DNA of 42,420 nucleotides from Candidatus Omnitrophota bacterium (GTDB lineage: Bacteria > Omnitrophota > Gorgyraeia > JABMRN01). The translations under genes were made by a program, and so were the position numbers. Positions within the stretch are counted from its first letter, which is position 1. Every line of letters begins with the position of its first letter. The notes under the pieces were generated by a model that worked only from the letters and a program-made list of their open reading frames with translations, was not told the DNA's origin and searched no databases. This document shows, piece by piece, positions 1-8,366 of the stretch. Where the stretch lies: assembly GCA_028702395.1 (NCBI GenBank), contig JAQVOV010000002.1, positions 27,213 through 69,632 of the forward strand, given 5' to 3'.

Positions 1-22
1 CTTGCAAATATTGTGCTAAACC

Positions 23-1732
23 CTATTTCATCCCCACTATCTCGCCATTCTTATCAATATCCATTTTAAACCCTGCAGGATTTTCAGGAAGTCCAGGCAT
101 TGTTCTAATATCACCGCAAATAACATATATGAACCCTGCTCCGCTTGAGATATGCATATCGGAAACAGGTAATTTAAAATTACGAGGCCTTCCTTTACGT
201 TTAGGATCATGCGAAAGCGAAAACTGTGTTTTGGCCATACAAATAGGGAAATTATCCATGTTTATTTTCTTTAAGAATTTCATTTTTTCTAATGCGTGTT
301 CAGAAAAAACAACTTCCTTTGCCCCATAAATACTTTTAGCTATTCTTGAGATCTTATCTTTTATTGGAAGGTCCAATGGATAGAGAAATCTGAAAATAGA
401 TTTACTGTCTTTTATGATCTTGATGATGGAACGAGCCACTTCAAGACCACCTTGTGAGCCCTTTGCCCACATTTCACTTACAACACAATCATCTGCTCCT
501 GCGGACATTGCACATCGTTTAACAGCATTTATTTCTTTTTCTGTATCAGTAGCGAATTTATTTATACAAACAACTACAGGTACCCCATAGACCTTTAAAT
601 TCTCTATTTGTTTATCCAAATTTGAAGATCCCCTTTCAATTGCCGATATGTTTTCCCTAAAAAGAGAACTTTCAAGAGGTTTTCCGCCTTTGATCTCAAA
701 ATCACCACTATGCATTTTTAATGCACGAATAGAACATACCAGAACAACAGCATCAGGTTTTAACCCGCTTTGTCTGCACTTTATATTGAAGAATTTTTCC
801 GCACCTATATCCGCCCCAAACCCACCTTCGGTAACAACATATTCAGAGAATTTCAAAGCTATTTTATCCGCAATTATAGAATTACTGCCATGAGCTATAT
901 TTGCAAATGGACCAGTATGGATGATAGCCGGAGTATTCTCAATAGTTTGAACAAGATTTGGTTTTATGGCTTCTTTCAGCAGTACTGTCATGGCACCAGC
1001 AACTTTAAGATCCTCTGTTGTAACTGGTTTTTTGTCTTTTGTATAAGCAACAATTATTCTCCCTATACGTTTTCTTAGTTCGTGTATATTTTCTGAAAGA
1101 GCAAGTATGCTCATAAGTTCACTTGCAGCAGTAATACTGAAATTACTTTTTCTTGGCACTCCATCATTTTTGCTTCCCATCCCTATCTGTATATTTCTCA
1201 AAACTCTATCACTAACATCCAGAACTCTATCCCAAATAATGTTATCTGTATCTATATGATGAGGATTTCCTCTGAATATTGAATTATCTAAATAAGCAGC
1301 ACATAAATTGTGTGCTGCTGCTACTGCGTTCATATCTCCTGTAAAATGAAGATTTATTTCTTCACAAGGTAAAACCTGTGAATATCCACCGCCTGTACCA
1401 ACCCCTTTTGTTCCAAAAATAGGGCCTAAAGATGGTTCTCTAAGACAAGCTATTGATGTTTTTCCCAGTTTATTGAATGCCATGGACAGACCAATGGTAG
1501 TGACTGTTTTGCCTTCTCCTAAAGGAGTTGGTGTTATTGCTGTAACTAATATGTATTTGCCATCTTTTTTTGATTTGCTTTTTTTTAAGATCTCATCTGT
1601 GATCTTGGCTTTATACATACCATAATTTTCAAGGTATTTTCCTGAGATCCCTATTTTTTGAGCTATTTTTTCGATTGGAAGAAGTTTTGTGTTTTGAGCT
1701 ATTTTAAAAGTTTCAGACTTAGCACCAGGCAT
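23..1732 (-). CDS. fhs: formate--tetrahydrofolate ligase
   Basis: 569-aa ORF with the PTPLGEGKT nucleotide-binding motif. It resembles FTHFS enzymes end to end in length and sequence. Confidence 0.95.
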   Translation of the reverse strand: MPGAKSETFKIAQNTKLLPIEKIAQKIGISGKYLENYGMYKAKITDEILKKSKSKKDGKYILVTAITPTPLGEGKTVTTIGLSMAFNKLGKTSIACLREPSLGPIFGTKGVGTGGGYSQVLPCEEINLHFTGDMNAVAAAHNLCAAYLDNSIFRGNPHHIDTDNIIWDRVLDVSDRVLRNIQIGMGSKNDGVPRKSNFSITAASELMSILALSENIHELRKRIGRIIVAYTKDKKPVTTEDLKVAGAMTVLLKEAIKPNLVQTIENTPAIIHTGPFANIAHGSNSIIADKIALKFSEYVVTEGGFGADIGAEKFFNIKCRQSGLKPDAVVLVCSIRALKMHSGDFEIKGGKPLESSLFRENISAIERGSSNLDKQIENLKVYGVPVVVCINKFATDTEKEINAVKRCAMSAGADDCVVSEMWAKGSQGGLEVARSIIKIIKDSKSIFRFLYPLDLPIKDKISRIAKSIYGAKEVVFSEHALEKMKFLKKINMDNFPICMAKTQFSLSHDPKRKGRPRNFKLPVSDMHISSGAGFIYVICGDIRTMPGLPENPAGFKMDIDKNGEIVGMK

Positions 1733-1846
1733 AAACCCTCCTTTGTCTATATAATTATGTGCTAATTATATAAAATATATTAAAAAAAAGTTAGACTTTA
1801 CCAAGTAGATTATAATCTATACATTATATAATGTCAATGTATATAT

Positions 1847-2024
1847 TGGTTGGACTAGTTTTACTAGTTGAACTGGTTGAACTAGTTAAACCTAGTCCAA
1901 CTATTTTATATTTTTACTGAAACCCACATTCAGGACGTTCCATTAGCTCGTAGCTCGCGGCGCGTAGCGCGTAGCTCAATTCAGAACATTCCACCCTTTT
2001 ATCTTTCATCTTTAATCTTTTATC
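1847..2024 (-). repeat. composite intergenic hairpin element (ACTAGTT-word palindromic block, two GGACGTTCCA-type boxes flanking TAGCTCG/CGCGTAGC inner arms, TTATCTT-word arm)
   Basis: TTGGACTAG (1850-1858) pairs with CTAGTCCAA (1892-1900). Boxes lie at 1931-1943 and 1979-1996, with inner inverted arms at 1944-1978. A heptamer arm TTATCTT TCATCTT TAATCTT TTATCTT (1997-2024) runs into the mfd stop. Confidence 0.7.
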
Positions 2025-3914
2025 TTATTGTCTATTCACCTTTGTCTCACTGAGTATCTTTATAGATTTACGTAAAAGTCTACAGTATAGATCAAATCCT
2101 ATCTGTTCAATAAAACCATGTTGTTTATCCCCTAAAATATTTCCTGCACCTCTAAGTTCAAGATCCTGCATAGCTATTTTGAACCCTGAACCAAAATCAG
2201 TGAATTTTTGTAAGGTTTCGAGACGTTTTTTTTCTTCGTAAGAGAGGTTATGCTTTTTTCTTACAATAAAATATGCAAAAGCCTGTTTATTAAATCTGCC
2301 GACTCTTCCCCTTAACTGATAAAGATCTGCGATCCCGAAATTCTCTGCTCTGTCAACTATCAATGTATTAGCATTAGGAATATCAATACCTGATTCAATA
2401 ATGGTAGTACAAATAAGAATATCCGTTTTGCCTTTAATGAAATTTATCATAGTAGATTCAAGTTCTTTTTCACTCATTCTCCCATGACCTACCGATATTT
2501 TAGCATCAGGAAAAAGCTGTTTGATTTTCCGTTCAACAACATAAATGCTATTGATCCTATTATGGACAAAGAATATCTGTCCTTTTCTTTTAAGCTCATT
2601 TTCAATTGCTTGTTTTATAAGTTTATCATTAAAATCAATGATCTCGGTCTTTATAGGATGCCTTTCAAGCGGAGGAGTGTTGATCACAGAAATATCCCTT
2701 CCTCCCATAAGAGCAAGATAAAGTGTTCGTGGAATAGGCGTTGCTGTCAATGTAAGAACATCTACAAGTAGCCTCATTTTTTTGTATTTTTCCTTATGTT
2801 TAACGCCAAAACGCTGTTCTTCATCTATGATAAGTAATCCCAAGTCTTTAAACTCAATATCATTTGACAACAGTCTATGTGTACCTATTATTATGTCTAT
2901 CTGTCCCTGTTTTACTTTTTCAACAATGTTTTTTTGCTGTGTTTTTTTTCTGAATCTTGAAAGCATTTCCACAGTAACAGGAAAATCTTTTAATCTCGTT
3001 GCGAAAGTACTATAATGCTGCTCTGCCAGAATTGTCGTAGGTACTAAAATAGCAACCTGTTTATTATCCATAACGGCTTTAAAAGCAGCACGAAGAGCAA
3101 CCTCTGTTTTCCCATAACCAACATCACCGCATAAAAGCCTATCCATAGGTTTTTCATTTTGCATATCGTTTTTAACATCTATTGTTGATCTAATTTGATC
3201 CTGTGTTTCTTTATAAGGAAAAAGATCTTCCATTTGTTTTTGCCATTCTGTGTCCTTTGAAAAAGAAAAACCTTTTTTCATCTCGCGTTTTGCCTGAACC
3301 TCCAGTATCTCCTGCGCCATTTGAAAAACATCTTTTTGTACCTTTATTTTTGTAGCCTGCCATGTTTTTGTTCCAAGTCTGCTTAATTTAGGCTTTTTCC
3401 TGTTAAAAAAAATATATTTTTGGATCTTATCCAGATCTGTTACAGGTACATAAAGGATATCTCCGTCTTCATATTCAAGCTTAACACATTCCTGCTGTTG
3501 GGAATCATTATGCAGAAACGTTTTTTCAATATATCTGCCTATACCATAATCAACGTGAACAACAAAATCCCCTGGTTCAATATCGACAAACGCATTAATA
3601 GGATCTTCTTCTGAAAAAATATTTTTTGAATACTTTGTTTTTTTTTGAGATATTATAATTATGGATTGATGCTGGTCAATGGTCTTAAAACTTACAGGAT
3701 CAATAGATACTATTCTTTCTATTTCATCCCCAAAAAACTCTATTCTGACAGGATATTCAAAAGTGGTTGGAAACAGGATAATATTTTCACCTTTTATACA
3801 AAAATCTCCCCATTGAGAAATACCGTCTGTTTTGGTATAGTTAAGCTCAACAAGTCTTTTGACAAGATCTTCTCTATCAACATGTGATTGTTTATATAGT
3901 TTGATGGGTTCCAT
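2025..3914 (-). CDS. mfd: transcription-repair coupling factor, compact form
   Basis: CarD/RID-like GDFVVHVDYGIGRY, helicase motifs GDVGYGKTEVA, IIDEEQRFG and QLRGRVGR, and TRG-like LGDKQHGFIEQIGFDLY. Only 629 aa, with about 113 aa before the RID and about 25 aa after TRG. Confidence 0.8.
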   Translation of the reverse strand: MEPIKLYKQSHVDREDLVKRLVELNYTKTDGISQWGDFCIKGENIILFPTTFEYPVRIEFFGDEIERIVSIDPVSFKTIDQHQSIIIISQKKTKYSKNIFSEEDPINAFVDIEPGDFVVHVDYGIGRYIEKTFLHNDSQQQECVKLEYEDGDILYVPVTDLDKIQKYIFFNRKKPKLSRLGTKTWQATKIKVQKDVFQMAQEILEVQAKREMKKGFSFSKDTEWQKQMEDLFPYKETQDQIRSTIDVKNDMQNEKPMDRLLCGDVGYGKTEVALRAAFKAVMDNKQVAILVPTTILAEQHYSTFATRLKDFPVTVEMLSRFRKKTQQKNIVEKVKQGQIDIIIGTHRLLSNDIEFKDLGLLIIDEEQRFGVKHKEKYKKMRLLVDVLTLTATPIPRTLYLALMGGRDISVINTPPLERHPIKTEIIDFNDKLIKQAIENELKRKGQIFFVHNRINSIYVVERKIKQLFPDAKISVGHGRMSEKELESTMINFIKGKTDILICTTIIESGIDIPNANTLIVDRAENFGIADLYQLRGRVGRFNKQAFAYFIVRKKHNLSYEEKKRLETLQKFTDFGSGFKIAMQDLELRGAGNILGDKQHGFIEQIGFDLYCRLLRKSIKILSETKVNRQ

Positions 3915-4136
3915 TTTAGTATCCGTGTCTGTGTCGGTGTCGGTATTGTTTAATGATGGTTAGATCTGGTATTAACATAAAGTAAAACACCTGTGAATTC
4001 GCAATCATTGTCATTTACTTTTGTCATACCGGTTTTGCAATATATAACGTCAGACAAATACCGGTATCGAAAGTTATTATGCAATAATATCTTTAAATCA
4101 ATTTCTGCAGACACAGAAACTGACACTGACACTAAT
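3915..4136. repeat. composite intergenic hairpin element (GTGTCN-word arms, TATCTTTAAATCAATT core)
   Basis: Arm GTATCCGTGTCTGTGTCGGTGTCGGTATTG (3919-3948) faces arm CAGACACAGAAACTGACACTGACACTAATC (4108-4137). Motif ATATCTTTAAATCAATTT at 4087-4104 lies next to the right arm. Confidence 0.75.
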
Positions 4137-5798
4137 CTACATCTTCTTCGGCAACGACACTCCGAGAAGTTTGAGTCCGTTCGCAAGACATATTTTCACA
4201 CAATCAATCAAAAACAACCTTGCTTTTAACAATTCATTGTCATCTGTTATAACCTTATATTTTCCATAAAAGTTATGGAATTTTGATGCAAGTTCGTTTA
4301 AATACGAAATAACAAAAAAAGGTTCCAGTTTTTCGGCACTGGATCTAACAGTTTTAGGAAAAACTCCTATCGTCTTTGCAATAGCTATCTCTTCTTCTTC
4401 TTTCAACAAAGAAAGATCTGCTTTTGACAAATCAATAGCACCTGCCTTTTCATGAATGGACCATATTCTTGCATGTGCATATTGAATATAATAAACAGGA
4501 TTATCTGCGGATTGTTCTTTTGCTTTATCAAGATCAAAATCCAAATGTGTATCAAGATTTCTCATAAGAAAACAAAATTTCGTGACATCCTCACCTACTT
4601 CATCCATAACTTCTTTAAGAGAAATGAATTCTCCTTTTCTCGTAGACATGGAAAGTTCCTGTCCGTTTTTATATATCGTAGCAAGCTGAACTATCAGTAC
4701 TTTAATAGCATCATGATCATGGCCTAAAGCTTGAGCTGCAGCTGTTATCCTTGGAATGTATCCATGATGATCAGGTCCCCATATGTTTATAAGTTTATCA
4801 AACCCTCTTTCATATTTGTTCTTGTGATAAGCTATATCAGGCGCAAAATAAGTGAACTGCCCGTCACTTTTTACAACTACCCTATCTTTTTCATCATTAA
4901 AATCCGTGGATTTAAACCACAAAGCCCCATCCTGCTGATAAATATAGCCCTTTTCTTTAAGCAAAGATAGAACTTTGTCAATATCGGATTTTGTAATGTT
5001 TTTCTGGCTGAACCATGAATCAAAATCCACTTTAAATTGTTTCAGATCCTCTTTTATTATATTCAAAAGAAAATCAGCACCATATTTCCTGAAAAAATCT
5101 CTACTGCTTTGAGGATCCTTTACAAATTTATCGTTATATTCATCTTTTATTCTTAAAGCAATACCTTTAATATACTCTCCCTGATATCCGTCTTCGGGAA
5201 AAACACCATTTTTACCAAAAGCAGCTAAATAATGATAAAGTATAGAATCACCTAAGACATTTATCTGCCTGCCTTCATCATTTATGTAGAATTCCTTTGT
5301 TACATTATTTCCCATGAATTTAAGTATGTTGGCTAGAGCATCTCCAACAGCAGCCTGTCTGCCATGTGCAACAGTCAAAGGCCCGGTTGGATTGGCACTG
5401 ACAAATTCTATCTGTATATTATGGTGGTCTTTGTTTTTTGAACTGCCAAAAGATCCCCCTTCTTTTTCTACTGTCTTTAACACTTCATATGCATATTCTT
5501 TTGATAAAATAAAATTAATGAACCCAGGGTTAACAACATTTACGCTCTCGATAAGACCTGGTATCTTTTTATCCAATAATTCAATAATATCCGTTTTCAG
5601 GGTTTCTGCGATCTGGACAGGATTTTTTTTCAATATTTTTGTCAATTGAAGTGCTATGCTGGAAGAAAGGTCTCCATGGGCAGGATCTCTTGGTGCACCT
5701 ACTATTATATCCGGACAACTTTGATCCCCCATTATTTTCTTAACAGCTTTTTTTATGCCTTGTTCTAATATGATCTCTGATATCTGGGAAAAATCCAT
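4137..5798 (-). CDS. argS: arginine--tRNA ligase
   Basis: 553-aa ORF with the class I motif region SANPTGPLTVAHGR and ArgRS-like N-terminal and anticodon-binding regions. Confidence 0.95.
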   Translation of the reverse strand: MDFSQISEIILEQGIKKAVKKIMGDQSCPDIIVGAPRDPAHGDLSSSIALQLTKILKKNPVQIAETLKTDIIELLDKKIPGLIESVNVVNPGFINFILSKEYAYEVLKTVEKEGGSFGSSKNKDHHNIQIEFVSANPTGPLTVAHGRQAAVGDALANILKFMGNNVTKEFYINDEGRQINVLGDSILYHYLAAFGKNGVFPEDGYQGEYIKGIALRIKDEYNDKFVKDPQSSRDFFRKYGADFLLNIIKEDLKQFKVDFDSWFSQKNITKSDIDKVLSLLKEKGYIYQQDGALWFKSTDFNDEKDRVVVKSDGQFTYFAPDIAYHKNKYERGFDKLINIWGPDHHGYIPRITAAAQALGHDHDAIKVLIVQLATIYKNGQELSMSTRKGEFISLKEVMDEVGEDVTKFCFLMRNLDTHLDFDLDKAKEQSADNPVYYIQYAHARIWSIHEKAGAIDLSKADLSLLKEEEEIAIAKTIGVFPKTVRSSAEKLEPFFVISYLNELASKFHNFYGKYKVITDDNELLKARLFLIDCVKICLANGLKLLGVSLPKKM

Positions 5799-5801
5799 GG
5801 T

Positions 5802-6194
5802 TTATACTCCTGATCCAAAGTTTTTTTGAGGCACATTATTCCATAGTCTTTCAAGATCATAGAACTTTCGTGTTTCCGTATGGAAAATATGTACAATAAC
5901 ATCCGTAGCATCAACAAGCACCCACTTATCATCTCTTATACCTTCCCGATGTCTTACCTTTTCTCCTATCTTTGAAAGTTCTTTGCCGATCGCTTCACTA
6001 ATCGCATTCATTCTAGTATTTGATGGGGCACTTAATATGACAAAATAATCACATATACTGGAGATCTTTGTCATATTTAACATAACTATATCTTCACCCT
6101 TTTTTTCAAGAGCAATATTTGCTATGAACAATGCTTTGTCTTTTGATTTCATTGTTTTTTCTTTTAATTTTATTGTTTTTTCTTTTGATTTCAT
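5802..6194 (-). CDS. rsfS: ribosome silencing factor RsfS with Lys-rich N-terminal repeat extension
   Basis: The C-terminal ~110 aa match the RsfS/iojap pattern (ALEKKGEDIVMLNM...CDYFVILSA). The start is placed at the Met preceded by TAAGGAG. The ORF-track start 6212 and the Met at 6152 are alternatives. Confidence 0.8.
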   Translation of the reverse strand: MKSKEKTIKLKEKTMKSKDKALFIANIALEKKGEDIVMLNMTKISSICDYFVILSAPSNTRMNAISEAIGKELSKIGEKVRHREGIRDDKWVLVDATDVIVHIFHTETRKFYDLERLWNNVPQKNFGSGV

Positions 6195-6212
6195 TTTCTC
6201 CTTAATTATCAT

Positions 6213-6327
6213 ATAGTGACTATTAACTAGAAATTAGTGACTGGAAAAGTCTACATAACGTTATCTTTAAATCAATTTATTCTAATCACTAGTCACTTGT
6301 CACTAATCACTAACCCCTATTAATCCC
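6213..6327. repeat. composite intergenic hairpin element (TAGTGAC-word arms, TATCTTTAAATCAATT core)
   Basis: Arms at 6214-6244 (TAGTGAC TATTAAC TAGAAAT TAGTGAC TGG) and 6282-6313 (CTAATCACTAGTCACTTGTCACTAATCACTAA). Core TTATCTTTAAATCAATTTATT at 6261-6281. Terminal CCCCTATTAATCCC at 6314-6327. Confidence 0.75.
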
Positions 6328-6331
6328 TACT

Positions 6332-6361
6332 AAAAAACATGAGTAGCGGATACACCGCTAC
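6332..6361 (-). terminator. rho-independent terminator candidate after the small basic-protein gene
   Basis: Minus strand reads GTAGCGG-TGTAT-CCGCTAC followed by TCATGTTTTTT. Confidence 0.55.
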
Positions 6362-6461
6362 CCATTAAAAATATAATTGCTGATCCAAATACTTCTAGTT
6401 TTTTGCAGAACACTTTTTTATGTTTGGAAAAACTAAGAATTTTTCCCGAACACTGGCATTT

Positions 6462-6629
6462 TTATTTCAACTCTGCTGCTTTAGCTTTAGAAACAACTCT
6501 CCAGCATTCATGTGTACCTGTTGGAGACTTTGCAACTGCAAAAAAACGACCTTTTTTATCCTCAATCCTGTATTCTGATGTTTTGAATTTTGCCTTTGAT
6601 TTTACATCATAAAATTCCATTGCTTCCAT
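6462..6629 (-). CDS. small basic protein, 55 aa (MEAMEFYDVKSKAKFKTSEYRIEDKKGRFFAVAKSPTGTHECWRVVSKAKAAELK)
   Basis: Hand-translated and below the ORF-track length cutoff. GGAGG lies 7 nt upstream of the ATG, a terminator follows, and a promoter-like TTGCCA-18-TACACT lies about 140 nt upstream. The K-G-R...P-x-G-T pattern recalls DUF5679-type small proteins, but the four Cys positions are replaced. That family match is from memory and tentative. Confidence 0.45.
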   Translation of the reverse strand: MEAMEFYDVKSKAKFKTSEYRIEDKKGRFFAVAKSPTGTHECWRVVSKAKAAELK

Positions 6630-7016
6630 TCGATAACCTCCTTTTTTCGTATTACATGCTTCGTATCTTGAGCTATGAGTTTTTTAAGATCATAGGATCT
6701 CTCAGAGCACGCAGTTGGTAACACGCAACTGATCCTTTAATATTAATATTTTATGTAGTGTATCATAGAATTTCTTTTTTGGCAAGAAAAGCTTATTTTT
6801 TATTTGAAAATGATAAATATTGGTTTTAAGACCCCTTTTTTCCTTTAGTGTTAATTAGTACCAATTGTATAAACCTATATAAATGTATTTCAAAAATCTA
6901 TTAAGTGTTATTTGTCTGCAGATCTATCCTAAGAATGTTGGTAAACCAATAATATTCAGCTTTCCACAAAAGACTCATTACTCACAGACACATAACACAC
7001 AACAAAGATCCTTTTA

Positions 7017-7078
7017 CCCCAATCTTATCTGTGTTCATCTAAAAAACCATTTTAACCCAATTCTTATCTGTGTTCATC
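7017..7078. repeat. two direct copies of about 23 nt (CCAAT(T)CTTATCTGTGTTCATC)
   Basis: Copies at 7017-7039 and 7055-7078, immediately downstream of the ftsA stop. Confidence 0.6.
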
Positions 7079-7105
7079 CTTATACTTCAAATCAAGTCCA
7101 ATACC

Positions 7106-8143
7106 CTAGAAATAGCTTTCCATCATATTGACAAGCCCTTTTATAGCTTTAGATAACCAATTTGAATCAATATTTTCCTTTATTTTTTTAGCCTGATATA
7201 AGGCTACTCCCAGTGAACCTGTATGACAAATGGTATCTGCAACTTCGATAGAACAGCCTTCTGCTGAAGCATGCCCCATTTTACAAGATATGCCCAGTTT
7301 AGTATCCATTTTCTCAATTAAATCTTCTTTTAAAGCTCCTCCGCCTGTACATATAACTTCATCTGTATGAATATTCTCAAATTCCTGTTTAATACTATTC
7401 ATGAACATTTCAATAGCTCCATCATTGGCCAGATCTAAACTTCCGAGATCAACACTAGCTATATGAAAAAGGGTTTTTCCTTTAAAAAAAGCTATTCCTG
7501 TTAAATGACTTCCAATATCAACAATAGCCGTTGTCATATCTTTGTTCTTGCCGAATGAGGAAAGGGCTTTTGTTATTGCAATAGGAGCAAAAACTGTACC
7601 ACTAAGGATGTATCCTGAATGTTCAACACATTTATACAGGTTCTTTATTTTGGCAATATCAGCTATTACAACATATAGTTCCATCCCCAGTTTTGTTGCA
7701 TAAAGGCCTTCCGGGTCAACAACTTTATCACCTTCATCAATATAAAAGCTTTGAATTTCTTTCTGGATTATCTGTTTTTCTTCAGGCATTCTTATCATGC
7801 TTGCTATCCTGACACATTTGTCTATGTCACTTGCACTTATTAATCTTGGTCGTTTACCTAATGCAAGCATTCCCTTTGCCTGCATACCTGATATTCCTAG
7901 ACCTTTGACAGAAACAAAAATATTTTTCAATCTTTTTTGAGTTTTTTCTTCTACTCTTTTTAACACATCTCTTATATCAGTTGACGCAACATCAAAATCA
8001 ACGATATTGCCAGAATCAATGCCTTTTGACGGAATGTTCTCTAAAGCTAAAACTTCCAATTGTCCATGTTTACTGACAGATATCATAGCTACACGTATAG
8101 TACTAGAACCTAAATCCAATCCGGTTATAATTTGATCAGCCAT
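7106..8143 (-). CDS. ftsA: cell division protein FtsA, short form
   Basis: Actin-fold motifs DLGSSTIRV, DIGSHLTG and TGGGALKEDL, plus a C-terminal amphipathic tail NWLSKAIKGLVNMMESYF. It occupies the last position of the dcw cluster. Confidence 0.85.
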   Translation of the reverse strand: MADQIITGLDLGSSTIRVAMISVSKHGQLEVLALENIPSKGIDSGNIVDFDVASTDIRDVLKRVEEKTQKRLKNIFVSVKGLGISGMQAKGMLALGKRPRLISASDIDKCVRIASMIRMPEEKQIIQKEIQSFYIDEGDKVVDPEGLYATKLGMELYVVIADIAKIKNLYKCVEHSGYILSGTVFAPIAITKALSSFGKNKDMTTAIVDIGSHLTGIAFFKGKTLFHIASVDLGSLDLANDGAIEMFMNSIKQEFENIHTDEVICTGGGALKEDLIEKMDTKLGISCKMGHASAEGCSIEVADTICHTGSLGVALYQAKKIKENIDSNWLSKAIKGLVNMMESYF

Positions 8144-8366
8144 TTTATCTCCTTTATAGCATCTGCAAGGTAAAAGTAAAAAGGTAAAAGTAAAAAACCT
8201 GTTTTCATTGTGGAGTCTTTTGTTTTTTTTGTAGGGGCGTATTGCAATACGCCCCTACAACGCTCTATTTGAACGTTCCATTAGCTACACGTAATGCGTA
8301 GTTCAATCCAGGACGTTCCACCCTTTTTACTTTTGCCTTTTTCCTTTTTACTTATCTTCCTATTAA
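8144..8366 (-). repeat. composite intercistronic hairpin element (GGTAAAA/GTAAAAA-word arms)
   Basis: Arms at 8167-8197 and 8324-8360. CATTGTGGAG box at 8198-8219. GC hairpin GTAGGGGCGTATTGCAATACGCCCCTAC at 8231-8258. Boxes GAACGTTCCAT (8271-8281) and AGGACGTTCCAC (8310-8321) flank an inner block at 8282-8305. Confidence 0.8.

Noticed and set aside
6403-6612. 69-aa plus-strand ORF, and the 82-aa ORF at 6883-7131.
   Set aside because: The first is antisense to the SD-bearing small basic-protein ORF. The second spans the direct repeats downstream of ftsA and overlaps the ftsA 3' end. Neither has an SD.
8231-8258. GC-rich hairpins (also 16511-16538 and 37130-37157) as rho-independent terminators.
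   Set aside because: No U-tract follows on the sense strand, and two of them lie inside the essential dcw operon between co-transcribed genes. They are treated as modules of the repeat elements.
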